From Macrostomum hystrix (taxonomy: Eukaryota; Animalia; Platyhelminthes), in the NCBI GenBank assembly GCA_950097015.1, contig CATNEN010000002.1:5704001-5768000 (forward strand): a stretch of DNA of 64,000 nt. The letters run 5' to 3'. The first letter of the stretch is position 1, and each line of letters starts with the position of its first letter. The notes beneath the pieces were generated by a model. It was not told the DNA's origin. It ran no database searches and was given only the letters and a program-made list of their open reading frames with translations. The position numbers were made by a program, and so were the translations under genes. This document shows positions 17,285 through 29,055 of the stretch, piece by piece.

Positions 17285-18292
17285 ATGAAAACGATGTCCG
17301 ATAGAGAAGCTTCGTCCAACTTCAGCATCGACCTAGTGGTGAAGGTTGGCGGCAGCTGTCTGACCTACAAGACTGGCCGCGAGCAGTCGTGTGATGACGG
17401 TCTCAACCGACTGGCTCAGCTGGCGGCTGCGATTGAAGCTGGCTGGGCTGACACCATTGTAGATTGCGACAATGACGACGATTTAAAAAATGACGGCGAT
17501 GGTGCTCGCCGAAGAAGGCGCTTTCGCTGGGTGTTGCTGCACGGCGCCGGCTCCTTCGGACATCCGCACGCGGCCGAGGCGCGCCTGACCGACGGTTCTG
17601 TCCGCCGACTGGCCGAACTGGCGCCCGAGGAGCTCCGTCGCCGGCGCCTCGGCTTCTGCGATACTCGCCGAGCGGTGCTGGACCTCAGCGGCCGGGTGGC
17701 CAAACACCTCATCGGCGCTGGCGTCCCAGTGGTGCCGCTCTCGCCCTGCAGCCACTACAACACGGCTGACGACGTCGCCGCTTCCCATTGGCCAGGAGGA
17801 CTGACCAATCAGACGCGAGATCTTCTACTGTCCGGCTTTGTGCCCGCTCTGCATGGAGACGCCGTGTTAGCTCTTGATACCGAGGCTGCTGGCAGCGCCC
17901 GTGCGGACAACATCGGCTGGACGGTGCTTGGAGGTGACGTTTTGGCTGCTCAGCTGGCTGGCTCCTTCCGACTGCGGCGAGCTGTCTTCGTCACCTCCAC
18001 CGGAGGCGTCTTCAGCGAGGATCCGGCGACTGCCCCGCAGGGCACAGCTAGGCTGCTGCCAGAGGTTCGCCTTGACAACGGCTGCGGCGGTATTGAAGGC
18101 GTTGGCGGCACCGCGCCAGGAGTGGCGGATGTTACTGGCGGCATGCGGGGCAAGCTGGCAGCCGCGGCGCGGATGTTGACGGTCAGTCCGGGCACCGAGG
18201 TGCGCGTCTGCGGCTGGGACTCGGTGCTGCCGGCCTGCTTGGGCGAACCCGGCAGCTGGGGCACCCGCCTTGTGTCTGGCAGGCGACAATAA
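17285..18292 (+). CDS. Isopentenyl phosphate kinase (IPK)-like, amino-acid-kinase superfamily; intronless, 335 aa
   Basis: VVKVGGSCLT (K-x-GGS), HGAGSFGH with the IPK-diagnostic His, PALHGDAV, GGDVLA, GVFSEDP and DVTGGMRGK match archaeal/eukaryotic IPKs. Confidence 0.88.
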   Translation: MKTMSDREASSNFSIDLVVKVGGSCLTYKTGREQSCDDGLNRLAQLAAAIEAGWADTIVDCDNDDDLKNDGDGARRRRRFRWVLLHGAGSFGHPHAAEARLTDGSVRRLAELAPEELRRRRLGFCDTRRAVLDLSGRVAKHLIGAGVPVVPLSPCSHYNTADDVAASHWPGGLTNQTRDLLLSGFVPALHGDAVLALDTEAAGSARADNIGWTVLGGDVLAAQLAGSFRLRRAVFVTSTGGVFSEDPATAPQGTARLLPEVRLDNGCGGIEGVGGTAPGVADVTGGMRGKLAAAARMLTVSPGTEVRVCGWDSVLPACLGEPGSWGTRLVSGRRQ

Positions 18293-18566
18293 CAGCAATA
18301 GTGAGCAAATTCTCGTTGTGCTTGATTGCGACTGCGTCACTGACTGGGCGGGTGCTCTGCGCATATGGAAACCCTGATGCAGCTTCTAGTTCTAGTGAAC
18401 AATATTCCTAAAAAATGTCCTAAAAAATACACTTACTTAAATTGTTTTGATAATCATTTCGATTCATAAATAGCATCTGTATTTTGTACATGGCCGTTTT
18501 CTGCATCGTGTGTATTGTCCACGTACTAAAATTTTGGTATCAGACGAGAAAATAAAGCGCATTGTT

Positions 18567-19662
18567 GCAAGACTAGAGCATGGGTACAAGACCAGAGCAT
18601 TGGTACAAAACTAGAGCATTGGTACCAGGCTAGAGCATTGGTACAAAACTAGAGCATTGGTACCAGGCTAGAGCATTGGTACAAAACTAGAGCATTGGTA
18701 CCAGGCTAGAGCATTGGTACAAAACTAGAGCATTGGTTACAAGACTAGAGCATTGGTACAAGACCAGAGCATTGGTACAAGACCAGAGCATTGTTACAAA
18801 CTAGAGCATTGGTACAAGACTAGAGCATTGGTACAAGACCAGAGCATTGGTACAAAACTAGAGCATTGGTACAAGACCAGAGCATTGGTACAAAACTAGA
18901 GCATTGGTACAAGACTAGAGCATTGACCTACAAGACTAGAGCATTGGTACAAGACCAGAGCATTGACCTACAAGACTAGAGCATTGGTACAAGACCAGAG
19001 CATTGGTACAAAACTAGAGCATTGGTACAAGACCAGAGCATTGACCTACAAGACTAGAGCATTGGTACAAGACCAGAGCATTGGTACAAAACTAGAGCAT
19101 TGGTACAAGACCAGAGCATTGGTACAAAACTAGAGCATTGGTACAAGACTAGAGCATTGACCTACAAGACTAGAGCATTGGTACAAGACCAGAGCATTGA
19201 CCTACAAGACTAGAGCATTGGTACAAGACCAGAGCATTGACCTACAAGACCAGAGCATTGGTACAAGACCAGAGCATTGGTACAAAACTAGAGCATTGGT
19301 ACAAGACCAGAGCATTGACCTACAAGACTAGAGCATTGGTACAAGACCAGAGCATTGGTACAAGACCAGAGCATTGTTACAAACTAGAGCATTGGTACAA
19401 GACTAGAGCATTGGTACAAGACCAGAGCATTGGTACAAAACTAGAGCATTGGTACAAGACCAGAGCATTGACCTACAAGACTAGAGCATTGGTACAAGAC
19501 CAGAGCATTGACCTACAAGACTAGATAGAGCATTGGTACAAGACTAGAGCATTGGTACAAGACCAGAGCATTGGTACAAAACTAGAGCATTGGTACAAGA
19601 CCAGAGCATTGGTACAAAACTAGAGCATTGGTACAAGACCAGAGCATTGGTACAAGACTAGA
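18567..19662. repeat. 19-bp minisatellite (AGAGCATTGGTACAAGACT) with 19-21 bp variants
   Basis: More than 50 copies. Recurrent variants end in GACC, AAACT or CAGGCT, or carry TTGACCTAC. Confidence 0.97.
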
Positions 19663-20700
19663 TCGATGAACTGGTACAATTTAAACTCAAACTTTCGCTG
19701 GTGCAAGTCTAGACTTCAAAGAGAGTTTGCATACTGTCTGTCTATATATTTTAGTGTAAGCTCAATAGTTAACAAGAAACGACTTCAAAGGTTATTTTCA
19801 GAAGCGACACTTTAGTCCAATATGTACAGAAGTCTCAACGGACTCGACTTTGTCAATTTAAAAATGTTCGAAAGGCTTTTTGTATTTTTTAACTTCACGC
19901 GAAGTGGAAAACTTTACTTTGTTGGATTTTTTCCGTGTTCCGTTCAGCACCAGGCAGTCGGTCTGTCTGTCCCATTGCGTCTCTCTGCCACATAACAAGC
20001 CCGCACTATTTTTGATAGCAGCAAAGTTTTGAACTGCACAAATCGTTACCCAGTTGCCAGAGAGAAGCGGAAGGTTCATATATACTCACTTTATATTCTC
20101 AAAAGAGAGAGAGAGAGAGAGAGAGAACAGGAGCTGTCAGTTCGAGTTACAGGCTGCGGTCAACTTGCCGTGGGGATCGTGTTAAGCATGCACGCATTCT
20201 GTATTAGGCTGTGTGTGTTCTCTCCCCCCCGTGTCTCCCCTGTGCATGTCAGCCAGCGGTGTCGAATGCATGGTACTCGTAGTTCTAGTTCTAAAGTAGA
20301 CCCGTTGTTGCTGGGGCCACGGGGAGGGTACGTGGTAGACGAAAGTGTAATGTCGAAGTGAGGTGGCGGAGGCTCTCTGGTGCATGGACTTACTCAAAAG
20401 CCCGATGGGATTAGCTGGGATTTAATTGCTTCTCCTATAGCCATGTAGTGCTTCTTCTTGCCCATGCAGTGTCCGTGTGAGTGTAAAAATTCCCTTCAAT
20501 TCTAGTCCGGATCACTTCCCATCTCGGCCCGACAACGCAGCGAGAACTCGGTGCATAAATAATACACACCAGCCTGAGAGCGCTATCAATAGCCGTTTTT
20601 AAGGAATCTAATTTTTCTAATTTGATGCTGCTTAGGCGGCATAGATAGTGAAGTCAGGGGCAGTCAGGGGGGCATAAGGTAAAGGAATATAGAAGTTATA

Positions 20701-21240
20701 GATGAGAGGTTAGACGTCGAGGGGAGAGGGAGAGGTTAGAAGGAGAGGTGAGAGGGAAAGGGGAGAGGGATAGGTGAGATGGAGACATGAGAGGGAGAGG
20801 TGAGAAGGAGAGGTGAGAGGGCCAGGTGAGAAGGAGAGGTGAGAGGGAACAGGTGAGAAGAAGACATGAGAGGGAGAGGTGAGAAGGAGAGGTGAGAGGG
20901 ACAGGTGAGAAGGAGACATGAGAGGGAGAGGTGAGAAGGAGAGGTGAGAGGGACAGGTGAGAAGGAGACATGAGAGGGAGAGGTGAGAAGGAGAGGTGAG
21001 AGGGACAGGTGAGAAGGAGACATGAGAGGGAGAGGTGAGAGGGACAGGTGAGAAGAAGACATGAGAGGGAGAGGTGAGAATAACAGGTGAGAAGGAGAGG
21101 TTAGAGGGACAGGTGAGAAGGAGAGGTGAGAGGGACAGGTGAGAAGGAGAGGTGAGAGGGACAGGTGAGAAGGAGAGGTGAGAGGGACAGGTGAGAAGAA
21201 GACATGAGAGGGAGAGATGAGAAGGAGAGGTGAGAGGAAA
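20701..21240. repeat. Purine-rich (GA) degenerate minisatellite
   Basis: GAGAAGGAGAGGTGAGAGGGACAGGT-like units and strong strand asymmetry. Confidence 0.9.
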
Positions 21241-22271
21241 AGGAATGGAATTTGGTAAGCAGGGAATCATTTGAGCAGAGAGCAAGGAAAGCAAAGGAAA
21301 TGCTGGGACTAGTTTTCGGTGCTAAAGCAGCATTTCGGAGGTGCTTAAAAATTTGGGATTTCTGAATGCTCACGAATGGCTTGGCCAGTACAATATGCGG
21401 CAGTGGCAGTGTCTGCCACAGGCCCACTGTAAAATGCATGAGCGAACTATTGAACAAAAGTGACAGGCTAATGATGCGGATGCTGAATTGAAACTTTTTT
21501 GTCCAGACAGAACAGTTGAGGCTCAAAGCCATTATGGTGTTCCCTTCCTGTCCCAGGGTTCATTGCGGCAAGGCTAGCTAAAAGGACGCCTTCATAAAAA
21601 GTGCAATAAAACATGACTGGTCATTGGTCATTTGGAATTTCACTTTGTTTAGCGTTTGATTTGGTGGTCAAAAATGATAAGCATGAAATTTGTGAGTGTA
21701 ACGCCCTTACCGCTCTGTCCATGGACTGAACAGCTGTACACATCCTTTGAATGCACCGCAACAATTGGCCGATATGTATCGAAATAATCTAGTAATCTGA
21801 CCTAAAGTTCTTAGGAACGAACATGCGGGACGTGGGAAAGCATTAAAGTACAATTTCCAAAGCTCTAAAATTAAGAACCCAAGTGTTGTACTCAAGCCAG
21901 TGAGGCATAATGAGTGCGCAATTATGCACAACCGCCCATTGCTTGGCTATGCATCCGCACTGGGTGGGATTATGCGAGAGGGGATTTATGGCTCCCAAAT
22001 TCCTCCCTTAAGCCTCCGGTGCAGTTGGTGGAAGAGAAGCGAAAGTGGAAATCAATTTCGTCGTCTTCTCCGCTGCTCTATCGGCGGCTCTATGCGCACT
22101 CGAGTGTCGAGCCCGCAGCCCGAGAGGGTGGAGTTTGAGTCCGTTGAAAAATAGCCCTTTGCGTGCAATCCGACTCGATTTCTAACCGTTAGAAATCCAG
22201 CGAGTTGTTTCTTGAGTTTTATGCTCTACTAGCCAGCCTTCAAATTAGCCTCTGATGACTTAAAGTAACAG

Positions 22272-22380
22272 CTGACATGGACTGACATGGACTGACATGG
22301 ACTGACATGGACTGACATGGACTGACATGGACTGACATGGACTGACATGGACTGACATGGACTGACATGGACTGACATGG
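22272..22380. repeat. 10-bp tandem repeat (CTGACATGGA) x11
   Basis: Perfect copies directly abutting the 3' end of a minus-strand SINE. Confidence 0.97.
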
Positions 22381-22545
22381 GCGCAGCACTAACCCTCAAT
22401 TACCCCACCTGATGTTTGAACTCAACTAAACTGGTGGTAAAATTGAAGCAATGCAGAATTAAGTGTCTTGCTAAAGGACACAAATTATTTCAGTGGAGTC
22501 GAGAATCGAACCCCCGACCTTTAAGTCGTGAGTCTAAAGCTCTCT
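22381..22545 (-). mobile_element. tRNA-derived SINE copy
   Basis: Minus strand reads GGTCGGGGGTTCGATTCTCGACT (B-box), then TTGTGTCCTTTAGCAAGACACTTAA (a common SINE2 body motif), then GGGGTAATTGAGGG. Confidence 0.7.
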
Positions 22546-23497
22546 AAAAGTACTCAAATTGACTAACTACTTGGCTTTGATATAGAAATACATCTGACGG
22601 TCTATCATAAAAGTACATTTCTGTTATATTAAAAAGCCGATATGGTCAGATACTTAATTATCTCAAATTATCCGGATCAGTCACTTTGACGAGCTCTTGC
22701 ACTAGGTATCAGACGGATTATAAATCCTTATTAATTAATCAGTCAATCAGTCAGTTTAGCGTTTGACATGTGAGGATAAGCTTACAGGCTGTGCATTGCT
22801 GAGACATTTACGACTGTCAGGCTTTTTAATTTGCGATTCAAAGCTTCAAACAGACTCGTGGGGAGAATAACAGTAGGACTACCAAGCCATTTTGCCGCCC
22901 GTTTTTATAACAAGGGGGAGAAAATTCCCCCTGTACATTTTCTTGGCAGCGCCTGCATGCTAACAGTTTTTGGGTGGTGACTGATTGGTTCACAGACTAG
23001 GCGATGGTGTACTGTGGTTGAGCTGTTGATCAGAGAAATTGGAGAAATTCGCGTCAGGGTGTCCATAAGTGTCCATATTTTCAGGGTGGCCTATTTCCAC
23101 ATGTTGTAGCCCTTGAATGTCTAGCAAATCCCTCTAGATAAAGGTAGGTGACCACCGAAGACGGACATAATGCAGGCACATTCGGGTGACATGCTGATAA
23201 ATTTTGAAGGCCTGGCAAGGCCGCACTGAGCCGCAGTCCTAATTCGTGTACAGGAGTGTATGAAATACACTAGCTCTAATGGGAAAAATCTGACCTTCTG
23301 CCAGAACCATTGAATATCACGACGGTCTGAAGAGCTGGCGACTTGATTCTTGTTCCAGAAGATGCGCAACAAGAATTTCGCCCGTACTCTTGAGTTTCGT
23401 GTGCTTGCGTTTGTCTGTTCGGGTGCAGCACAAAAATCCCCCCGTGGTAGTTCTACTGAAAACAAGCGCCACACGGGTGATAATTGTTTGATCAATA

Positions 23498-24814
23498 AGG
23501 GGCGGCCGTTCAATAAGTTTCCGGATGCACAGAAATGAAAAGCGTCAGAGGGAAGATAAATGTCAGGCCTTTTCGAAGTTCTCTCCAGCAGCTTCGATGC
23601 ACTTTCTCATCCTTTCAAAACAAGTAGCAAAGCAGCCAGCCCACTCCGACTGAGGGATGTCGAACAGGTGATTTTAGAAGGCCTCGACGGCCTGTTCCGG
23701 CGATGCAAATCGGACTCCCTTAAGCAGGCGCTTGACTTGTGGGAACATAAAGAAGTCACACGGTGCCAAGTCAGGGCTGTAGGGTGGGTGCTGAAGCAGT
23801 TGGACGCGATTCTGCTCCATGAACTCCACAGTTAGTCGCGCCGCGTGGGCCGGGGCGTTGTCCTGGTGGAGCAGCAACCCGCGATGGCGAGTCCTTGGGC
23901 GCTTCTCAGCGATGGATTGCAGCACCTGGGGCATACACTCGGTTACATACCAGCCCGCAGTCACCGTCCGCTGTGTTACCAGCGGAATCATGGCTACGGG
24001 ACCGCTGCGAGCCACAAAAACAGCCACCATCTGCTTGGCGACGCTTCGCGACCGCACCAGCTTTGAAGGTGGCGGGCTGCCAATGGGGGCCCATTGAGCT
24101 GACTGCTGCTTGCTCTCCGGGTCAAAACAGTACATCCAGGTCTCATCACCACTGACGATGTCCCAGGAGCTCGTTGATCTTCCACCGTCGAATCTTTCGA
24201 GCATTGAATGGCTCCAATCGATCCGGGCCTGTTTCTGCACTGGGTCAGGTGATGAGGCACCCAGCGTGCGGACACCTTGCTGAGGCCAAGCCTTTCATGT
24301 AGGATGGTTGAGGTGCTTCCCGATGAAATGCCCACAGCAGTGGCTAGCTGTTGCACTGTCAACCGCGGGTCTTCCTCAACCAGGGCCTGCACTGCGGCCA
24401 CTACTTCCTGAGTGGTCGAACTCGGGAGTCGTCCTTCGCGAGCCTCGTCTTCGAGCGACACTCGGCCCCGACGAAATTCCGCGAACCAGTCAAAGGCGGT
24501 TGTTCTAGAGGGTGCAGTATCCCCGAAGGCTAGGCGAAGCCGTTCTAAGCTTTGCGACTGGTTCAGACCACATTTGTAGTCGTAAAAAATCATCGCTCTC
24601 AAGTGGATGCGTGACAGTTCCATAATAGATACTTGAAGTTGGAGGTGATAGGTAACTTTGAAGTGAAGTTGTGAGATTCAGGTTTATTGTGTAATCATTA
24701 TATTTTATGTCAAATCTCAGGATATGTACATTTTTCGTGTGAGTACATTTTGAGCAGTCTACGAGCTAGAGTGCGCTGGCTCTTATGGTCCGGAAACTTA
24801 TTGAACGCCCCTCG
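23498..24814 (-). mobile_element. Full-length (~1.3 kb) mariner DNA transposon, inactive
   Basis: Inverted termini share CGTTCAATAAGTTTCCGGA (23507-23525 and its complement in 24789-24814). The left TIR and TA duplications are degenerate. Confidence 0.93.
23563..24623 (-). pseudogene. Mariner D,D34D transposase pseudogene (frameshift at ~24240, premature TAA at ~23674)
   Basis: HTH N-terminus, WVPHHL, GDETW, HQDNA and YSPDLAPCD with 34 residues between D2 and D3. The frame continues past the stop to ...RMRKCIEAAGENFEKA*. Confidence 0.93.
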
Positions 24815-25519
24815 ATGAATTTCATGCCTCGAATGAATTTATTTAAATGCTGTGCATTGCTCTGCATGAATCAGGTGTTCCGAGTTCTGCTGCAAACCCA
24901 AAATGCTTCCAGTCCGTGTGCTAGCATAAAGTGGCCATTAAAAAGGCTTACCCGCGGCAGTTTTACTTTTATCCCAAGACCTAGATTAATATGGGATCAG
25001 CTTACACATCTGTTCACCGCATGGGATCGGTAGCCTTGAGCAGAGCTGATTAAATCCTAGGATAATATGGCCTCGATTTTTCCTCTAAAATCCCATTTCC
25101 CTCTACTCTGTTGGATCAGCATTAAAAATAGGATTTCTCGAAGACTTTGAGTTGTTTTGCTCGTAATTTTTTTATCCACTGATTTTAAGTTCTTTACTCG
25201 ATAAAAATCTACGAGAATTTGCTGAATTTCCTGACCTTCTGCCAACCATATTATTTGCTTTTCTCACGGCCAGCTGCAGCCACAGCCAGTGCCGAACATG
25301 CTTGAAGAATTTTTTATGATCCGGAAAACTGGCAGGATAGGATGCATGTCAGCCTGAATGCCTTCTCTACTGCTGCTGCTAGATGTGATTTGCTTTTACA
25401 AACACAACCCACTGTTCGGAAATCTTTTTTTAGTAGTTTGTTTGTTAAAAGTACAAATCGAAAGAAACGGATCGCGCGGAATTGCAATTCGTTTTCAATC
25501 GCCCCACAGATGCTCCAAG

Positions 25520-25807
25520 GGCGGTGGCTAGAGCGTCCGACTCCCACCGGGAGGTCCCGAGTTCGAATCTCAGCCTAATGGGTGTCAATCTGAGTCCTTA
25601 AGCAGAACGAATAATTCTCAAGTGCTTCTGTTCACCCAGCTATAAATTGGATACCAGTATCACCTGGGATAGAAATTCGGGCGCGTGTGGCAGCCTCCCC
25701 TGCACTCCATCGACTGAACAGCTGTACACAGCCTCTGAAAGGAAATAGCTGCGGCTGTCCTACTGGCTGCATATCTGACCTAACTGGGCTAGGTCAATCA
25801 ATCAATC
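25520..25807 (+). mobile_element. tRNA-derived SINE, most complete copy
   Basis: A-box-like TGGCTAGAGCG, B-box GAGTTCGAATC, body CACCCAGCTATAAATTGGATACC, GACTGAACAGCTGTACAC and a (TCAA)n tail. Confidence 0.72.
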
Positions 25808-25836
25808 GATTCTGGGGACCAAGCCACATTAATTTG

Positions 25837-25837
<1 letters not shown>

Positions 25838-25892
<55 letters not shown>
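25838..25892. repeat. (TCTA)n microsatellite
   Basis: About 13 perfect units. Confidence 0.97.
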
Positions 25893-25893
<1 letters not shown>

Positions 25894-27075
25894 GACAGCT
25901 AAAGTATAAGTTTTCTCGGGTCTTGTCAGCAGGTCATTGCTTCACCACACAATGTAAATCCTTTATGAAAGCTTATATACATTAATCAATTAGTAAATTC
26001 ATTTAAAAAAGGAAATAAGAGATAAACGAGACATAAAGGGAGTGTTTGATAGGCGACTATAGAATCCGATAGACATGTCTGTTTGCAAACAGTTGAGACT
26101 GATGCATCCGTATCACTTATCAATAAAATCTGTAAATAGTTAAATATTTATTTCTTAAATGGTAGACAATATACGCAATAATACAGACAACAACTGGGAT
26201 ATTCCGCATCAAAGATTCTATTCACTGTATTGTCAAAACATTTTGCAATACCCTATGCATATGTTGTAGTCATGGTAACAAATTAAATAATAATAAAATA
26301 GTATATATATGAATATTTGTACGCACACAGTCATGGTCATGCACTGTCAGCTTTGTTTAAACACAGCGAGGTAAATATAATTAGCGAGTTGAAAGCAAGC
26401 AAGCAAGTTTTGAGAAAACCATGAACTGCTAAGTCGCATTATTGCATAAAAGTCCATAAAGCAGTTGAGGATTTTTGAAACCATCAACAACAGAACTGGC
26501 GCCTGTGTACTATTAACTATAAGCAGTCTAAAAACAAATGACAAGTTTAGCTGTTATATAAAAAAACAAATGTGAAGAAAAAAAGAATGACAATTGAATA
26601 GATTGCTTGTCAGCTCTTTAATGCGAAATCATAGGTGATAATACACACTACAGGGTGTCAGGTGTCAATGCATGATTGACAACGGAACAGCTGTAAATAA
26701 AATAAATAATAAACAAGAGTTCAATTGTTTGAGAATAGGGCTTTCAATTTTGAAAAAACTAATTTCTAATACTGATAAAAAGTATAGACAAAAACACACT
26801 TAGCATGAGCTGCTACTAATTACCGTACACTAAACTCTCTACTATGTACATCAAAACTGAATTTAAAATTTGTTTGAGAAGACAAGCATACAGCTTACAT
26901 TATCGTATAAATTAACTTCAAATAACAAGGAAAAATTATAATAGACACAATTTCACAAGGGGTGAATTATGAATGTCTTTTTATACATAACTAAGGCGAG
27001 TAACCTCCAAATATAACTTATTATAGTCATTATCAACCAGGTAAAACTATAATCATAGAATGTCCAAAGGGATAT

Positions 27076-28520
27076 TAACTAATGAGATTTTGAATCAGTG
27101 GATTAACCAATGAGATGTTGAATCAGTGGATTAACCAATGAGATGTTGAATCAGTGGATTAACCAATGAGATGTTGAATCAGTGGATTAACCAATCAGAT
27201 GTTGAATCAGTGGATTAACTAAGGAGATGTTGAATCAGTGGATTAACCAATGAGATGTTGAATCAGTGGATTAACCAATTAGATGTTGAATCAGTGGATT
27301 AACCAATGAGATGTTGAATCAGTGGATTAACCAATGAGATGTTGAATCAGTGGATTAACCAATCAGATGTTGAATCAGTGGATTAACTAAGGAGATGTTG
27401 AATCAGTGGATTAACCAATGAGATGTTGAATCAGTGGATTAACCAATTAGATGTTGAATCAGTGGATTAACCAATGAGATGTTGAATCAGTGGATTAACC
27501 AATCAGATGTTGAATCAGTGGATTAACTAAGGAGATGTTGAATCAGTGGATTAACCAATGAGATGTTGAATCAGTGGGTTAACCAATTAGATGTTGAATC
27601 AGTGGATTAACCAATGAGATGTTGAATCAGTGGATTAACCAATGAGATGTTGAATCAGTGGATTAACCAATCAGATGTTGAATCAGTGGATTAACTAAGG
27701 AGATGTTGAATCAGTGGATTAACCAATCAGATGTTGAATCAGTGGATTAACCAATGAGATGTTGAATCAGTGGATTAACCAATGAGATGTTGAATCAGTG
27801 GATTAACCAATCAGATGTTGAATCAGTGGATTAACTAAGGAGATGTTGAATCAGTGGATTAACCAATGAGATGTTGAATCAGTGGATTAACCAATTAGAT
27901 GTTGAATCAGTGGATTAACCAATGAGATGTTGAATCAGTGGATTAACCAATGAGATGTTGAATCAGTGGATTAACCAATCAGATGTTGAATCAGTGGATT
28001 AACTAAGGAGATGTTGAATCAGTGGATTAACCAATGAGATGTTGAATCAGTGGATTAACCAATTAGATGTTGAATCAGTGGATTAACCAATGAGATGTTG
28101 AATCAGTGGATTAACCAATCAGATGTTGAATCAGTGGATTAACCAATGAGATGTTGAATCAGTGGATTAACCAATGAGATGTTGAATCAGTGGATTAACC
28201 AATGAGATGTTGAATCAGTGGATTAACCAATGAGATCTTGAATCAGTGGATTAACCAATGAGATCTTGAATCAGTGGATTAACCAATGAGATGTTGAATC
28301 AGTGGATTAACCAATGAGATGTTGAATCAGTGGATTAACCAATGAGATCTTGAATCAGTGGATTAACCAATGAGATGTTGAATCAGTGGATTAACCAATG
28401 AGATGTTGAATCAGTGGATTAACCAATGAGATGTTGAATCAGTGGATTAACCAATGAGATGTTGAATCAGTGGATTAACCAATGAGATGTTGAATCAGTG
28501 GATTAACCAATGAGATGTTT
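27076..28520. repeat. 28-bp minisatellite (TGAGATGTTGAATCAGTGGATTAACCAA) with higher-order structure
   Basis: About 51 copies with recurring TCAG, TTAG and CTAAGGAG variants. Confidence 0.97.
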
Positions 28521-29055
28521 AGTCAGCGAACTGAGCGAGTACTAAAACAATTTGATTTGTTAAAAAGCTATTTTAAATCGAAGCAAAATGATTTAATGGA
28601 CGCAATAAAAAATCAGCATTTTTGCTTTTATAAAACAACTCTTTAAACCTGAGACCGGACAAGCAAAATAGAGCAACATTTCTAGGAAACACAATTAAGG
28701 ACCAACAATAATAAAATAGCTTGAACCTAGAAAATATTATTTTGAAGGATTTGGTTGAAGAAAATACCACAAAGCCAGCAATATAAAATCGATTATTTCG
28801 CCAAGGCCCGCCCTTGGTGCCTCCGAAATCATTAGGAATTCTGGCAGTCTCTCCAGAGCGAGCGAGCGTGAGAGAGAATGATAATTTTGCTAATGAATCA
28901 GAGCAGACATCAACTTGAGGCGCTTTTCTGCCCTAGCAACTAGACCCCATGTGGAAGGTGCTAATGAACGGACAAATAATTATAGTAGAAGAATTATTCG
29001 CAGTATTTTTGCGGCAATGTATTTGGCAGAGGGTCTAGCTCAGCTGAGAGAAGCC

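Noticed and set aside
26347-26544. Short minus-strand ORF after an acceptor-like CACAG
   Set aside because: AT-rich, no motif, and no partner exon identified.
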